Assembly: GCA_046045965.1 (NCBI GenBank)
Contig: JBJOKS010000040.1
Coordinates: forward strand, 1 to 35,923
Direction of reading: 5' to 3'
Source: Cyanobacteriota bacterium
GTDB lineage: Bacteria > Cyanobacteriota > Cyanobacteriia > Cyanobacteriales > Nostocaceae
Length of the DNA: 35,923 bases
Below are positions 11,325 through 21,541 of the stretch, piece after piece; positions within the stretch are counted from its first letter, which is position 1, and each line of letters begins with the position of its first letter. The position numbers and the translations under genes are program-made. The notes below the pieces were generated by a model. It was not told where the DNA came from. It did not search any database and saw only the letters and a list, made by a program, of their open reading frames with translations.

Positions 11325-12674
11325 ATGCTATTAATACCAGAGATGCAACCCAAGAACAGAAAAAATTTGTTGCTGGCAATTTTGTTAGCTTCTAGTGCTG
11401 GACAATGGTATTGCATGGGTATCAACAAAGTCTGGTCTGCTCCATCACAGACAATATCCCATCAAGATAACTCAGCATCAAATCTAATATATTTAACCTC
11501 AGTAGAAGCGACTCAGGAAAAAACTGAGTTACCCATTTTATACTTAGAGACACCAAAACCTATAGACAAAGTACCAAATAAAACTAATGTAACTTTAGCA
11601 GAAGCAACTCCCAAAATTAATCTGTCACAAATTATACTGTTAGAAATACCTGCAAATATAGAATCACTAACGGATCAAATCTACCGAGAGCAAACGAACT
11701 CAGTACAACCTACAATTGAGACTGAAGATATTCCCCCATCATTTTCTCCATCAGCAGCGCAGTTGTTAAATGAACCGATTATCATCAGTGATGCTGAAAA
11801 TGCCAAGAGGTTTGCCCAGCAATCATCAGAGCAAGAAGAGTCTCCTTCTCAACCAAATGAAGAGCAGGAGTTGAGGTTAAGAGTAAGACCAAGACCCTTA
11901 GAAGAAATACCGCCTCCTACACAAGAAAAACCAGTAGAACAGTTTCAACCTATAGGCTATTTAAGAGGTTATGTTGGCTACTTTCATTCAAGTAATATTT
12001 TTGCTGCAAATGAAAATCAGATCAATGATGGTTTAATTTATTCTGGACTGACACTAGCTTCAGCGTATTTTCCTTTGAGTCCTACTACCTATTTAAACGC
12101 CTCTATTGATGGTAGTTTGATTTACTATCTTGATCAATCACAGTTCGATTACAACCAGGTGAGCTTTAACCTGGGTATTTATCAACAACTTTCGCAGGAA
12201 ATGTATGCAGAATTGAATTTTAGTAATCAACAGTTATTCTATGCTAATAATGGTGATTTCTTTGCGGCTGGCGATCGCTTTCTCAATGAAAATTCTGTAC
12301 AGCTATCTTTAGGAAGAAGGGACAACCTTACAGATAAGTTGATATTAGATAGTCTCTATGAATTCAGTGCGAACTTTTCTGATCCAGAAACAAGAAGTCG
12401 GTTAGTTAATTCTTTGTTGTTTTCTTTAAGTTACTCTTTACAAAAACCGTTACAAGTTGGTGTGAATTACCAGTTCACCTTATCAGACTTTACCCAACGC
12501 GACAGAGAAGATCAGTCTCATCGTTTATTTGCACATTTAAATTATCGCACTTCGGATACAAGTAATATTTATTTACAGGGTGGTGTTAACTTAGGTGGTT
12601 CTACCACCCCTGCTATTGATTTTTCTGGCTGGTATTTTAGTGTAAATTATGGTTTTGAGATAGGTAGGTTTTAA
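11325..12674 (+). CDS. Putative outer-membrane beta-barrel protein with a disordered N-terminal region
   Basis: Signal-like N-terminus, Pro/Glu/Gln-rich linker, alternating aromatic beta strands, C-terminal YFSVNYGFEIGRF ending in Phe. Confidence 0.65.
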   Translation: MLLIPEMQPKNRKNLLLAILLASSAGQWYCMGINKVWSAPSQTISHQDNSASNLIYLTSVEATQEKTELPILYLETPKPIDKVPNKTNVTLAEATPKINLSQIILLEIPANIESLTDQIYREQTNSVQPTIETEDIPPSFSPSAAQLLNEPIIISDAENAKRFAQQSSEQEESPSQPNEEQELRLRVRPRPLEEIPPPTQEKPVEQFQPIGYLRGYVGYFHSSNIFAANENQINDGLIYSGLTLASAYFPLSPTTYLNASIDGSLIYYLDQSQFDYNQVSFNLGIYQQLSQEMYAELNFSNQQLFYANNGDFFAAGDRFLNENSVQLSLGRRDNLTDKLILDSLYEFSANFSDPETRSRLVNSLLFSLSYSLQKPLQVGVNYQFTLSDFTQRDREDQSHRLFAHLNYRTSDTSNIYLQGGVNLGGSTTPAIDFSGWYFSVNYGFEIGRF

Positions 12675-12675
12675 C

Positions 12676-12762
12676 AGGAGGCAGGGGAGGCAGGGGAGCA
12701 GGGGAGGTTAATAACTCAATTACCAATTACCAATTACCAATTACCAATTACTAATTACTAAT
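12676..12762. repeat. Short tandem repeats (GGGGAGGCA-like and CAATTAC) between convergent genes
   Basis: GGCAGGGGAGGCAGGGGAGCAGGGGAGG followed by five copies of CAATTAC. Confidence 0.8.
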
Positions 12763-13569
12763 CCAATCACTCCAACTACCAGCATAAAGCTTACCTGTGG
12801 AAATTCCCGCTAGTTCTAAAGAAAGTAAATTGACACAAGCTGTCACACCTGAACCACAATAAACTATAATTTCTTTGTTTGGTTCTATTTTTGCCCATCT
12901 TTGCTGTTGTTCTGACTGAGGAAGTAAGAAACCGGAAGCGTCGGTTACTTCTTGCCAAGGATAGTTGACAGCACCGGGAATATGACCGGCAATTTTATCA
13001 ATTGGTTCTCGTTCTCCACGATAGCGATCGCTTTCTCTCGAATCTACTAAAATTACATCAGGACTATCTTTGAAATTTTTAACATAACTATAATTTACAA
13101 CTTTTTCAATTTTTGATTCAGGAGTAAATTTTCCTGGTTTTGGTTCAGGAATAATACCAGAAATAGGATAACCTGCTTTTTGCCAACCGGCAAAACCACC
13201 ATCTAAAACAACTACATTATCATGTCCTAAATAACGCAATAACCACCACAAACGAGATGCAAAAGCCAAACGGGAATCATCGTAAGCAACTACTAAAGTT
13301 TGTTGAAAATTAATCCCGATGTTTGCTAACTTATTAGCTAAATCATTAACATCCGGTAAAGGATGTCTTCCCCCATGTTCTTTGACAGGACTGGATAAAT
13401 CTTGATTTAAGTCTAAATAATAAGATCCGGGGATGTGACTTGTTTTATATTGGTTATATCCTAATTGTGGGTCAGCTAAAGAAAAACGACAATCAACAAT
13501 TACAACTTGAGAAGTGTTAAGATTGTCAAATAGCCATTCTGGAGAGACAAAAAATTGATTATTATTCAT
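12751..13569 (-). CDS. Tandem-rhodanese sulfurtransferase (SseA/TST-like)
   Basis: HIPGSYYLDL, GGRHPLP, VLDGGFAGW, GHIPGAVN, active site CGSGVTAC and YAGSWSDW; the ATG at 13569 (MNNNQFF) is preferred because 13626 overlaps the divergent gene. Confidence 0.9.
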   Translation of the reverse strand: MNNNQFFVSPEWLFDNLNTSQVVIVDCRFSLADPQLGYNQYKTSHIPGSYYLDLNQDLSSPVKEHGGRHPLPDVNDLANKLANIGINFQQTLVVAYDDSRLAFASRLWWLLRYLGHDNVVVLDGGFAGWQKAGYPISGIIPEPKPGKFTPESKIEKVVNYSYVKNFKDSPDVILVDSRESDRYRGEREPIDKIAGHIPGAVNYPWQEVTDASGFLLPQSEQQQRWAKIEPNKEIIVYCGSGVTACVNLLSLELAGISTGKLYAGSWSDWISN

Positions 13570-13591
13570 GATTGTATTTTTATAAGAACAA

Positions 13592-14473
13592 ATGTTAGAT
13601 ACAGATAATTTTACACCGCAACCCACGCTAGATGGTTCATTTACTTTCTTTTCTCAAGAATTTAATGAAGCTTTTCATAGTAATTTTGGAGCAAAACAAG
13701 AGAGTTTTCTAAAATTTGCATTTCCTACCCAAGTACAGACAGTAGCTAAGAACGGAAGAGTCAGAATCTTAGATGTTTGTTATGGTCTAGGATACAACAC
13801 AGCAGCCGCTTTAGAAGTAATTTGGCAAGAAAATCCTACTTGTATTGTAGAGATTATGGGTTTAGAACTCAATCCCGAAGTTCCCAAAGCTGCAATTAAT
13901 CAGAATATATTTAATGATTGGGATGACGAGTATAGAAACATTTTAACCGAACTAGCGTTTAAACACCATTTACAAACTAATCGCTTGCAAGCCAAATTAC
14001 TCATAGGTGATGCTAGAAAATCAATTCAGGAAGTACGCGAATATGGTTTTTTAGCTGATGCTATTTTTCTTGATCCCTTTTCACCTCCCCAATGTCCCCA
14101 ATTATGGACAATAGAATTTATCCAAAAAGTAGCCTTATGTTTACATGAAAATGGTTTACTAGCGACTTATTCCTGTGCTGCTGCTGTACGCACGGCGCTT
14201 TTATCTGCTGGGTTGGTCATAGGTTCTACCACACCAGTAGGAAGACGCACTCCTGGTACAATAGCTGCATATTCAAAAAATAGAGAAAAAGACATTATAG
14301 ACATTTATCCTCTTTCGCAAGCAGAAACAGAACATTTACAAACTCGTGCGGCCATTTCTTACCGTGATCCAGAATTAAGTGATTCTGCTGAGGTTATAAT
14401 TAGACGACGACAACAAGAACAACAAACGTCTTCTCTAGAACCTACTTCTCAATGGAGAAAAAGATGGGATTAA
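13592..14473 (+). CDS. MnmC N-terminal-like SAM-dependent methyltransferase (tRNA mnm5s2U34 family)
   Basis: TLDGSFTFFSQEFNEAFHS, ILDVCYGLGYN, AIFLDPFSPPQCPQLWT and LATYSCAAAVR. Confidence 0.85.
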   Translation: MLDTDNFTPQPTLDGSFTFFSQEFNEAFHSNFGAKQESFLKFAFPTQVQTVAKNGRVRILDVCYGLGYNTAAALEVIWQENPTCIVEIMGLELNPEVPKAAINQNIFNDWDDEYRNILTELAFKHHLQTNRLQAKLLIGDARKSIQEVREYGFLADAIFLDPFSPPQCPQLWTIEFIQKVALCLHENGLLATYSCAAAVRTALLSAGLVIGSTTPVGRRTPGTIAAYSKNREKDIIDIYPLSQAETEHLQTRAAISYRDPELSDSAEVIIRRRQQEQQTSSLEPTSQWRKRWD

Positions 14474-14543
14474 CTGATATGATCCAAGGTTGAATCTGAA
14501 AATTCTAAAAACATTGATCATTGAAATTTACTGATAGTTAATT

Positions 14544-15896
14544 ATGGTTGTTGTAGCAATTCTCGCGGCTGGAAAAGGCACAAGAATGAAATCTAATTTA
14601 CCTAAAGTATTACATTCTTTGGGTGGAAAATCGCTAGTTGAGCGTGTTATTGAAAGTGTTGAACCTTTTTCACCTGAACGCAGATTAGTAATTGTTGGGT
14701 ATCAATCTGAAGAAGTAAAAACTGCTTTGAGTGGAAATTCTGATCTGGAGTTTGTGGAACAGACTGTACAATTAGGTACAGGCCATGCTATCCAACAATT
14801 ACTTCCCCATTTAGAAGGTTACACTGGGGATTTATTGATTTTAAATGGTGATGTGCCTTTGTTGCGTACTGAAACTTTAAAAAATCTTTTACAAATTCAC
14901 CAAGAAAATCAAAATTCCTGTACTATTCTCACAGCACATTTAGCAAATCCTCAAGGTTACGGTAGAGTTTTTTGTGATAGTGATGGTGTGGTACAGCAGA
15001 TGGTTGAAGATAAAGATTGTACTGCTGCACAAAGAAAAAATAATCGTGTCAATGCTGGGATTTATTGTTTTCGTTGGTCTGATTTAGCAAAGGTTTTACC
15101 GCATTTAGAAAATAACAATGCCCAAAAAGAATATTATCTCACAGATGCTGTTACTCAAGTAGGAAAAGTAATGGCGATGAATGTGGAAGATGAGCAAGAA
15201 ATTTTGGGAATTAATGATAGATTGCAATTAGCCACAGCTTATGATATTTTGCAACAGCGAATTAAAGAAAAATGGCTTTTGGCTGGTGTAACGATTATTG
15301 ATCCTGCAAGTATTTCAATTGATGAAAGGGTAGAATTACAACCTGATGTAATTATTGAACCCCAAACCCATTTACGGGGTAAAACATTGATTAAATCTGG
15401 TAGTCGTATTGGACCAGGAAGTTTAATTGAAAATAGTCAGTTGGGGGAAAATGTCACTGTTCAATATTCTGTAGTTACAGATAGTTTTGTAGAAGCAGGA
15501 ACAAAAATAGGACCTTTTTCCCATTTGCGTGGCCATGCGGAAGTCGGTACAAATTGTCGCATTGGTAATTTTGTGGAGTTGAAAAATACCCAATTAGGCG
15601 ATCGCACTAATGTCGCACACCTTTCTTATTTAGGTGATGCAACTGCGGGAACTCAAGTCAATATTGGTGCGGGAACCATTACTGCTAATTATGATGGTGT
15701 GAAAAAACATAGAACCAGAATAGGCGATCGCACTAAAACCGGTTCTAATAGTGTTTTAGTTGCACCTATTACCGTGGGGAATGATGTTTATATCGCCGCA
15801 GGTTCAACGGTGACAGAAGATGTGGAAAATGACGCTTTAGTAATTGCGCGGAGTCGTCAGGTAGTTAAACCAGGTTGGCGAAAAAAAACTGAATAA
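14544..15896 (+). CDS. glmU: Bifunctional UDP-GlcNAc pyrophosphorylase / glucosamine-1-P acetyltransferase
   Basis: [29 protein letters not shown], hexapeptide repeats, GNFVELK and NYDGVKKH. Confidence 0.97.
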   Translation: MVVVAILAAGKGTRMKSNLPKVLHSLGGKSLVERVIESVEPFSPERRLVIVGYQSEEVKTALSGNSDLEFVEQTVQLGTGHAIQQLLPHLEGYTGDLLILNGDVPLLRTETLKNLLQIHQENQNSCTILTAHLANPQGYGRVFCDSDGVVQQMVEDKDCTAAQRKNNRVNAGIYCFRWSDLAKVLPHLENNNAQKEYYLTDAVTQVGKVMAMNVEDEQEILGINDRLQLATAYDILQQRIKEKWLLAGVTIIDPASISIDERVELQPDVIIEPQTHLRGKTLIKSGSRIGPGSLIENSQLGENVTVQYSVVTDSFVEAGTKIGPFSHLRGHAEVGTNCRIGNFVELKNTQLGDRTNVAHLSYLGDATAGTQVNIGAGTITANYDGVKKHRTRIGDRTKTGSNSVLVAPITVGNDVYIAAGSTVTEDVENDALVIARSRQVVKPGWRKKTE

Positions 15897-15917
15897 TTCG
15901 TAATTTTTCAACTGAAT

Positions 15918-15956
15918 AACCCCTACTCATTTAAACAATGCAGGGGTTTTTCTTTT
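15918..15956 (+). terminator. Probable intrinsic terminator after glmU
   Basis: AACCCCT...AGGGGTT stem followed by a T-rich run. Confidence 0.5.
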
Positions 15957-16000
15957 GGCAAATCTTAAGTCTCAAGATGAGGTGGTTAAAAAAATCCTCC

Positions 16001-16954
16001 TCAACAATAACCAATTAATTCGCCATCATTCCATTCCAAAGTATCACCGATTTTGTCGCCATTATGAAAAGCAGCGAGTAACACTTCACTGGTTTTACCA
16101 TAGGATATCGTGCCAGTGGCATCAAGAGCGATCGCCCCTAAATCTCGTTCATTCTTACTAGCTTCAGTAAATGAACGCAACATAGCCTCTTTCAAAGACA
16201 TTCCGTCACTAACACGGATAACAATCTTCGCAGCTAAACACTCATCAATGATATCTTCCCCAATACCAGTGCAACTAACCCCTGCATATTTAGTAGCATA
16301 ATTACCTGCTGGCATCGCAGAATCACTGACTCGTCCAATGCGCTCAAAGCCTTTACCACCAGTGGAAGTACCAGCAGCTAATTGACCATAGCCATCTAAA
16401 GCCACTACACCAATTGTACCCCGTCCTGCATTAGAGCTTTCTGCCAGTTCCGGTTCAGCAACAACTCCAGCCATAGTCCGTTTAAAGTTATCTTCCCGTT
16501 CACCCATCCATTCTTTCAGCCGCAAATCAGTTAAAGCATTATAGGTAGGAATTTGTAACTCTCTCGCCAACTCCGCTGAACCGTAATCAGACAATACCCT
16601 ATCTGGGGACTTTTGCAGAAATAGAGCCATTTCAATCGGGTTTTTCACCCGTGAGACATTGATCACACCACTAAACCGCCCTGATGTACCATCCATCAAA
16701 GAAGCACTCATGCGGATTTGACCATCAGATTGAAGTACAGAACCAGTACCAGCATTAAAGCGGGGGTCATCTTCCAACAGTTGACAACCCCGGACTACAG
16801 CCTCAGAAGCGGTTGCACCTGCTACCAAAAGTGAGTATACTTCCTCTATGACAGCATGGAGCGATTTCCTTACAGCCTCTATTCCTCCCTTTCCGTGGAG
16901 AGAACTACCAGCCCCACCATGAATAATTAATTTAGGTTGTACTTGTAAAGTCAT
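16001..16954 (-). CDS. iaaA: Isoaspartyl peptidase / plant-type L-asparaginase (Ntn hydrolase)
   Basis: IIHGGAG, LEDDPRFNAGTGS, nucleophile GTIGVVALD, TSTGG, GRVSDS and SCTGIGE. Confidence 0.9.
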   Translation of the reverse strand: MTLQVQPKLIIHGGAGSSLHGKGGIEAVRKSLHAVIEEVYSLLVAGATASEAVVRGCQLLEDDPRFNAGTGSVLQSDGQIRMSASLMDGTSGRFSGVINVSRVKNPIEMALFLQKSPDRVLSDYGSAELARELQIPTYNALTDLRLKEWMGEREDNFKRTMAGVVAEPELAESSNAGRGTIGVVALDGYGQLAAGTSTGGKGFERIGRVSDSAMPAGNYATKYAGVSCTGIGEDIIDECLAAKIVIRVSDGMSLKEAMLRSFTEASKNERDLGAIALDATGTISYGKTSEVLLAAFHNGDKIGDTLEWNDGELIGYC

Positions 16955-17042
16955 TTATTTGTTTCTGTCTAGCTTTATCAGTTATCAGTTATCAGTTATC
17001 AGTTATCAATTGTCAATTATCTTCCCAGTCATCTATCCCCAG

Positions 17043-17204
17043 TCATTTATCCCCTTGAGCCTGGGAACGGCGACGACGACAGCGTTCTGAGCAATATTTA
17101 ACTTCATCCCAACAATCTTGCCATTTTTTCCGCCAAGTGAAGGGACGTTGACAGACTAGACAGATTTTTTCAGGCAGGTCCGATTTAGAACGAGTACGTC
17201 CCAT
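17043..17204 (-). CDS. Small Cys-rich DUF2256-like protein, 53 aa (absent from the ORF track)
   Basis: MGRTRSKSDLPEKICLVCQRPFTWRKKWQDCWDEVKYCSERCRRRRSQAQGDK with CxxC...CSxxC and the PFTWRKKW motif. Confidence 0.88.
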   Translation of the reverse strand: MGRTRSKSDLPEKICLVCQRPFTWRKKWQDCWDEVKYCSERCRRRRSQAQGDK

Positions 17205-17287
17205 AGCGATTTTAGATTTTAGATTTTAGATTTATATCATGTTTGCCTAATTCCTGAACTCCTGTCACCTGTCACCTTGATTTCCTA

Positions 17288-20209
17288 CTAGCCAAATGAT
17301 GAGGTACTGCCGAAAGTATTCCCAAAAGTATTTCCCTCAGAACTAGGATGCGCTAAAGGCAAGATTAAACGACTGACTACTCGATTATCTGGTAATTGAT
17401 ATATCTGCAATTCACCTCCCAATTGCTTGATTAATTTTTGACAAATTAGCAAATGCAAACCTGGAGGCTGCTTGAGGTGTGTGTAAGAGAGGACATCATT
17501 CAATGTATTTTCATTTAGCTCTGCCACAAGCTGTGAATCAATGGTGCCATTATCTGTAATTGATACTTCCAGTAATCTTTCATCTAATTGCCGACACCAG
17601 ATATCAACTCTGTCACCGATGGGAGAACGTGTACAGGCATGAAGTAACAATTCGTAGACGACTAATTCAATTTTCATAATGTCTCCAGATGTAGCCAATG
17701 GAGATGAAACAGCCGCAGTCACAAGCTCTCCAGATGATGACGTACTTGTGGGAGATTCTGTTTTTTCCATTGGGTTTGCCAAACCATGCACACCTATCCA
17801 CAGTTGTTGCTGCTTGGCAAAATTATCTACTCGTTCAATATTTCGTTTCAATAAGCTGGCAATTGACATAGTTTCCCAACTTAGATGCAACTGCCATTGC
17901 TCCTGTGTGATGACTCCTGTTATAGAGTTGGTAATATAACTTAACTGCCGCAACAAAAGCTTATAACGTGTTTGAGTAAGTTCATTACTGGGAATACCCA
18001 AATCTCGAATCCGAGTCACTACTGTCGCTGACATTCTATGGATTTCTTCTAAGCGCCGATGTTTGTACCAGTTGAGTTCTTGTAATACTTCAGTCTTGTC
18101 TGTGAGTCTTTGGGTGACTTTGTGTTGACTTTGCCACCAAGCCAATTGAGATATCAGGGTAACAGTTGCATTAAGGTTGAGTTCTGACCAATATTTTCCT
18201 CCATGATCTGCCAACAACACTACACCTGTAGGTTGAGAATTCTCTGTGGTACGTAATGCCATGACCAAAATTCGACTATTGTCAGGAACATTTAACCATT
18301 TCTTAGTTTCTGGTGGTAAATCTAATCCTTTGAAAATCACATAACTATTGTGTGCTAATGCCAACTCAATCAGAACATCTTTCTCAATGAAAATCGGTAC
18401 ATCTGCAACAATACCAAACTGATGATTGTTGATGACACCAGGAATAATTTCCGCGATTTCTTCACCCAGATTCCAGGTTAAGATGATGGACAGGGAACAA
18501 TCCAAAACATTTGCTATCTGTTTGAGGGCTGTTGATTCAGTTTTGTCAGTTTCGGATTGAATAAGTATATTCGGGTATTGTTTAAATATTTGGGCAATTT
18601 TTTGCTGTTCTTGACTGATAGTATTTAGCTGGTTGTTGCGGACTATGACACCAAGACACTGACTAACAACCCAGCATAATTCTTTTTGCCAAGTTGTCCA
18701 AGAGCGACTGCTGTCATGAGTAATAACTAGTAACACTTGGGGATTATGACCTTGAATGCAGTTGCAAATCAACAGTGATCGCACACCATTTTCTAGCAAT
18801 TGGGGATGCCAACCGTATAACCTGAGATCATGCTCTAAGGCAGGAATTTCTATTGCTTCTTTGGTATTTTGCAACAAATTAAAATCCATCTCTGAGAGAG
18901 GGGTGGGTGCAAAGTTAAAATAGCGGCGATTATTCGACACGCTTTGGTAAATAACTTGATAAATATCTCGTCCCTGGTCGTACTCTAAAAGTAAAAAGCG
19001 CGTTGCTGCCAGTCGCTCTAAAAGTTCTTTAGCAAAGGGTTGTAAGGTTGATTGTAAATCTTGTTCTTTGTATATAGCTTGGGCAAATTTGTGAGTCAGT
19101 TGATGATTTTGTTGAATTTGTCCAAGAGTAGTTTCTATGTTTTCGGTGGGAACAGCCAAGGAAATTAACCCAGCTGCACCTTGAACAAAACTTTTATCTG
19201 CTTGAGTCCAAATTCGTGGTTCAGTGCTTTCCACAGCTAGAAAACCCAGTAAATCTTTTTGCCAGATAATCGGCGCTGCTAATAGCGATCGCACGCCCAG
19301 ACGTTGTAACAGCTTATCTTGGACATGACTTTTCAGGGAACTGTCAAATTCACTAAGCCAAACTACTTGGTTAACTGCTAAAGCAAAATAAACATCGCTC
19401 AAATCCTGTGCTGTTATCCCCGCTGATGCCCGCTGATCATTCCAGTCTCGACCTATGTTCACCAGCTGGCTACTCATCCGACACCAAAAGTAGTTTCCTT
19501 CCCTTTCAAACCAATAGATATTTGTGCGGGAGGGAGAGATAAATTGATCGGTGGCCTCTACTGCTGCTTCTAGCTTTTTATCGAGGTGGGTGAGGGAGCG
19601 TAAATTTTCCAGGAGTTTCAATAATGACTCGGTGGCTGAGTTGTTGGGGTTGTCCTGGAAATTTTTTTGCTTTTGATGTTGATCAAGCACTACCCCCAGT
19701 TCACCGATCACTATCATTAGTTTTGCTCTTGCGTCTCCAGCCAGTAAGTATCCCCACCGTTGTGAACCGAGTAAAACTACACCCAAACAGTTGTCTTTAT
19801 AGCGAATTGGGAAAATTATTGTTCCCTGAATATCATATTTGGCCGCAACTTCCTGCCATTCCGGTGCGCGGATTTCTCCCCGCAATTTGGCTACACCCAC
19901 AGGACACAGTTGAGTTACTACTTGTCCTACTAAATTTCCGGGATTGAGTAAAACTGATCTTTTTAAATAACTTGTCTCCCCATCTGGTGTTATACCACCC
20001 TTGCCATGTAATTTTTTACTCCCACTGTCATAAAGAGCAAGCCAAATAAATTGGTAGTCAAAATGTTGTCTCAAATAAGCAATTGTCGTTTTGATCAGAA
20101 CTTCAACATCATCTTCCTCTCTGAGGGTTTGGAGAATTTTCCCCAAGGACAGGATTTGTTGTTCGGCGGACGGCTTTTTTGGCTGCCCCATCTGATTATC
20201 CGTGGACAT
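17288..20209 (-). CDS. Multi-GAF sensor protein with a degenerate histidine-kinase-like C-terminus
   Basis: Several GAF-like segments (LGVRSLLAAPIIWQKDLLGFLAVE, GVRSLLICNC); ATPase-like end ITDNG...PGLHLLICQKLIKQLGGEL. Confidence 0.8.
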   Translation of the reverse strand: MSTDNQMGQPKKPSAEQQILSLGKILQTLREEDDVEVLIKTTIAYLRQHFDYQFIWLALYDSGSKKLHGKGGITPDGETSYLKRSVLLNPGNLVGQVVTQLCPVGVAKLRGEIRAPEWQEVAAKYDIQGTIIFPIRYKDNCLGVVLLGSQRWGYLLAGDARAKLMIVIGELGVVLDQHQKQKNFQDNPNNSATESLLKLLENLRSLTHLDKKLEAAVEATDQFISPSRTNIYWFEREGNYFWCRMSSQLVNIGRDWNDQRASAGITAQDLSDVYFALAVNQVVWLSEFDSSLKSHVQDKLLQRLGVRSLLAAPIIWQKDLLGFLAVESTEPRIWTQADKSFVQGAAGLISLAVPTENIETTLGQIQQNHQLTHKFAQAIYKEQDLQSTLQPFAKELLERLAATRFLLLEYDQGRDIYQVIYQSVSNNRRYFNFAPTPLSEMDFNLLQNTKEAIEIPALEHDLRLYGWHPQLLENGVRSLLICNCIQGHNPQVLLVITHDSSRSWTTWQKELCWVVSQCLGVIVRNNQLNTISQEQQKIAQIFKQYPNILIQSETDKTESTALKQIANVLDCSLSIILTWNLGEEIAEIIPGVINNHQFGIVADVPIFIEKDVLIELALAHNSYVIFKGLDLPPETKKWLNVPDNSRILVMALRTTENSQPTGVVLLADHGGKYWSELNLNATVTLISQLAWWQSQHKVTQRLTDKTEVLQELNWYKHRRLEEIHRMSATVVTRIRDLGIPSNELTQTRYKLLLRQLSYITNSITGVITQEQWQLHLSWETMSIASLLKRNIERVDNFAKQQQLWIGVHGLANPMEKTESPTSTSSSGELVTAAVSSPLATSGDIMKIELVVYELLLHACTRSPIGDRVDIWCRQLDERLLEVSITDNGTIDSQLVAELNENTLNDVLSYTHLKQPPGLHLLICQKLIKQLGGELQIYQLPDNRVVSRLILPLAHPSSEGNTFGNTFGSTSSFG

Positions 20210-20311
20210 AGGTTGTAGTAATATTAGTGAAGATGCCCTGAAAAGAATTCGGATTAATCTTGGATTTGGTATCTGGTAATTATTGTAATAATTGGTAGAT
20301 GTTAACCTAGT

Positions 20312-21445
20312 TTGGATATTTATAAAGCAGTAGTTAGTCCTTTTTTATTTTCTCTGGTCAAAACCGATCCAGAGTGGCTACACCAACAAACTATTGGTAG
20401 TTTAAACTGGCTGTCACAAGCCAGCTATAATCAGCCTGTTAAATGGTTGGACTCCCTGATACAGCAGTCTTTTTGCCTCTATGATACACGGTTAGAACAA
20501 AATTTGTTTGGGTTAAATTTTCCTAACCCATTAGGTTTAGCTGCTGGATTTGATAAAGATGGTGTTGGTGCTAATATTTGGTCTAGTTTTGGTTTTGGCT
20601 TTGCTGAGTTGGGTACTGTTACCTATCATGGACAACCAGGTAATCCTCCACCGCGTTTGTTTCGCTTACCTTTAGATCAAGCTGCCCTCAACCGCATGGG
20701 CTTTAATAATTCTGGTGCTGTTGCCATGGCCACGAGATTAACAAGGCTAAACCAGGAACAATCTCGGTTAATACCCATAGGTATAAATTTAGGTAAATCT
20801 AAAATTACACCATTGGAAGCAGCAGCGGAGGATTATCTAGAAAGCTTTCGCTTACTGAAGGATTTAGGTGATTATTTTGTGGTTAATGTTTCTTCTCCCA
20901 ATACACCAGGATTGCGATCGCTCCAGGATGCGTCCATGCTCAGTCAAATCTTGGATGTATTGCAAACAGAAAATAATACACAAAAACCTTTATTTGTCAA
21001 GATAGCACCAGATTTGGAATGGCAAGCGATCGCTGACATTATTCATTTAGCCAAAACCTACAAACTAGCGGGTATTATTGCCACCAACACCACCATCAGC
21101 CGTGAGAAACTAAAAACCCAAATCATTCAAAAAACTGGTAAAACACCCCAAGAAGAAGCCGGAGGAATTAGCGGAGCGCCATTACGCCAACGTTCCACCG
21201 AAGTTATCCAGTTTATTCACCAGCAAACCCAAGGACAGATACCCATAATTGGCGTTGGTGGCATTTTTACCGCTGAAGATGCTTGGGAAAAAATAACAGC
21301 AGGTGCTAGTCTCATCCAAGTTTATACAGGCTGGATTTATGAAGGACCAATGATGGTACGCCGCATTCTTGCAGGTTTGTTGACCAAACTAGAAGAAAAC
21401 GGCTTAAATTACATCAGCGAAGCAGTGGGAATAGGTAATAGGTAA
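20312..21445 (+). CDS. pyrD: Quinone-dependent dihydroorotate dehydrogenase
   Basis: [47 protein letters not shown] and IGVGGI. Confidence 0.97.
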   Translation: MDIYKAVVSPFLFSLVKTDPEWLHQQTIGSLNWLSQASYNQPVKWLDSLIQQSFCLYDTRLEQNLFGLNFPNPLGLAAGFDKDGVGANIWSSFGFGFAELGTVTYHGQPGNPPPRLFRLPLDQAALNRMGFNNSGAVAMATRLTRLNQEQSRLIPIGINLGKSKITPLEAAAEDYLESFRLLKDLGDYFVVNVSSPNTPGLRSLQDASMLSQILDVLQTENNTQKPLFVKIAPDLEWQAIADIIHLAKTYKLAGIIATNTTISREKLKTQIIQKTGKTPQEEAGGISGAPLRQRSTEVIQFIHQQTQGQIPIIGVGGIFTAEDAWEKITAGASLIQVYTGWIYEGPMMVRRILAGLLTKLEENGLNYISEAVGIGNR

Positions 21446-21541
21446 TAGGTAATAGGTAATAGGTAATTGGTAATTGGTAATTGGGAAAAATCTTCTACCC
21501 AGTAAAGAGTCCCCAGCAAAGAGTACCCAGTAAAGAGTCCC
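21430..21541. repeat. (GGTAATA/GGTAATT)n heptamers followed by three copies of a 14-bp unit (CCCAGYAAAGAGTM)
   Basis: Tandem copies visible between the convergent stops of pyrD and the next gene. Confidence 0.8.
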
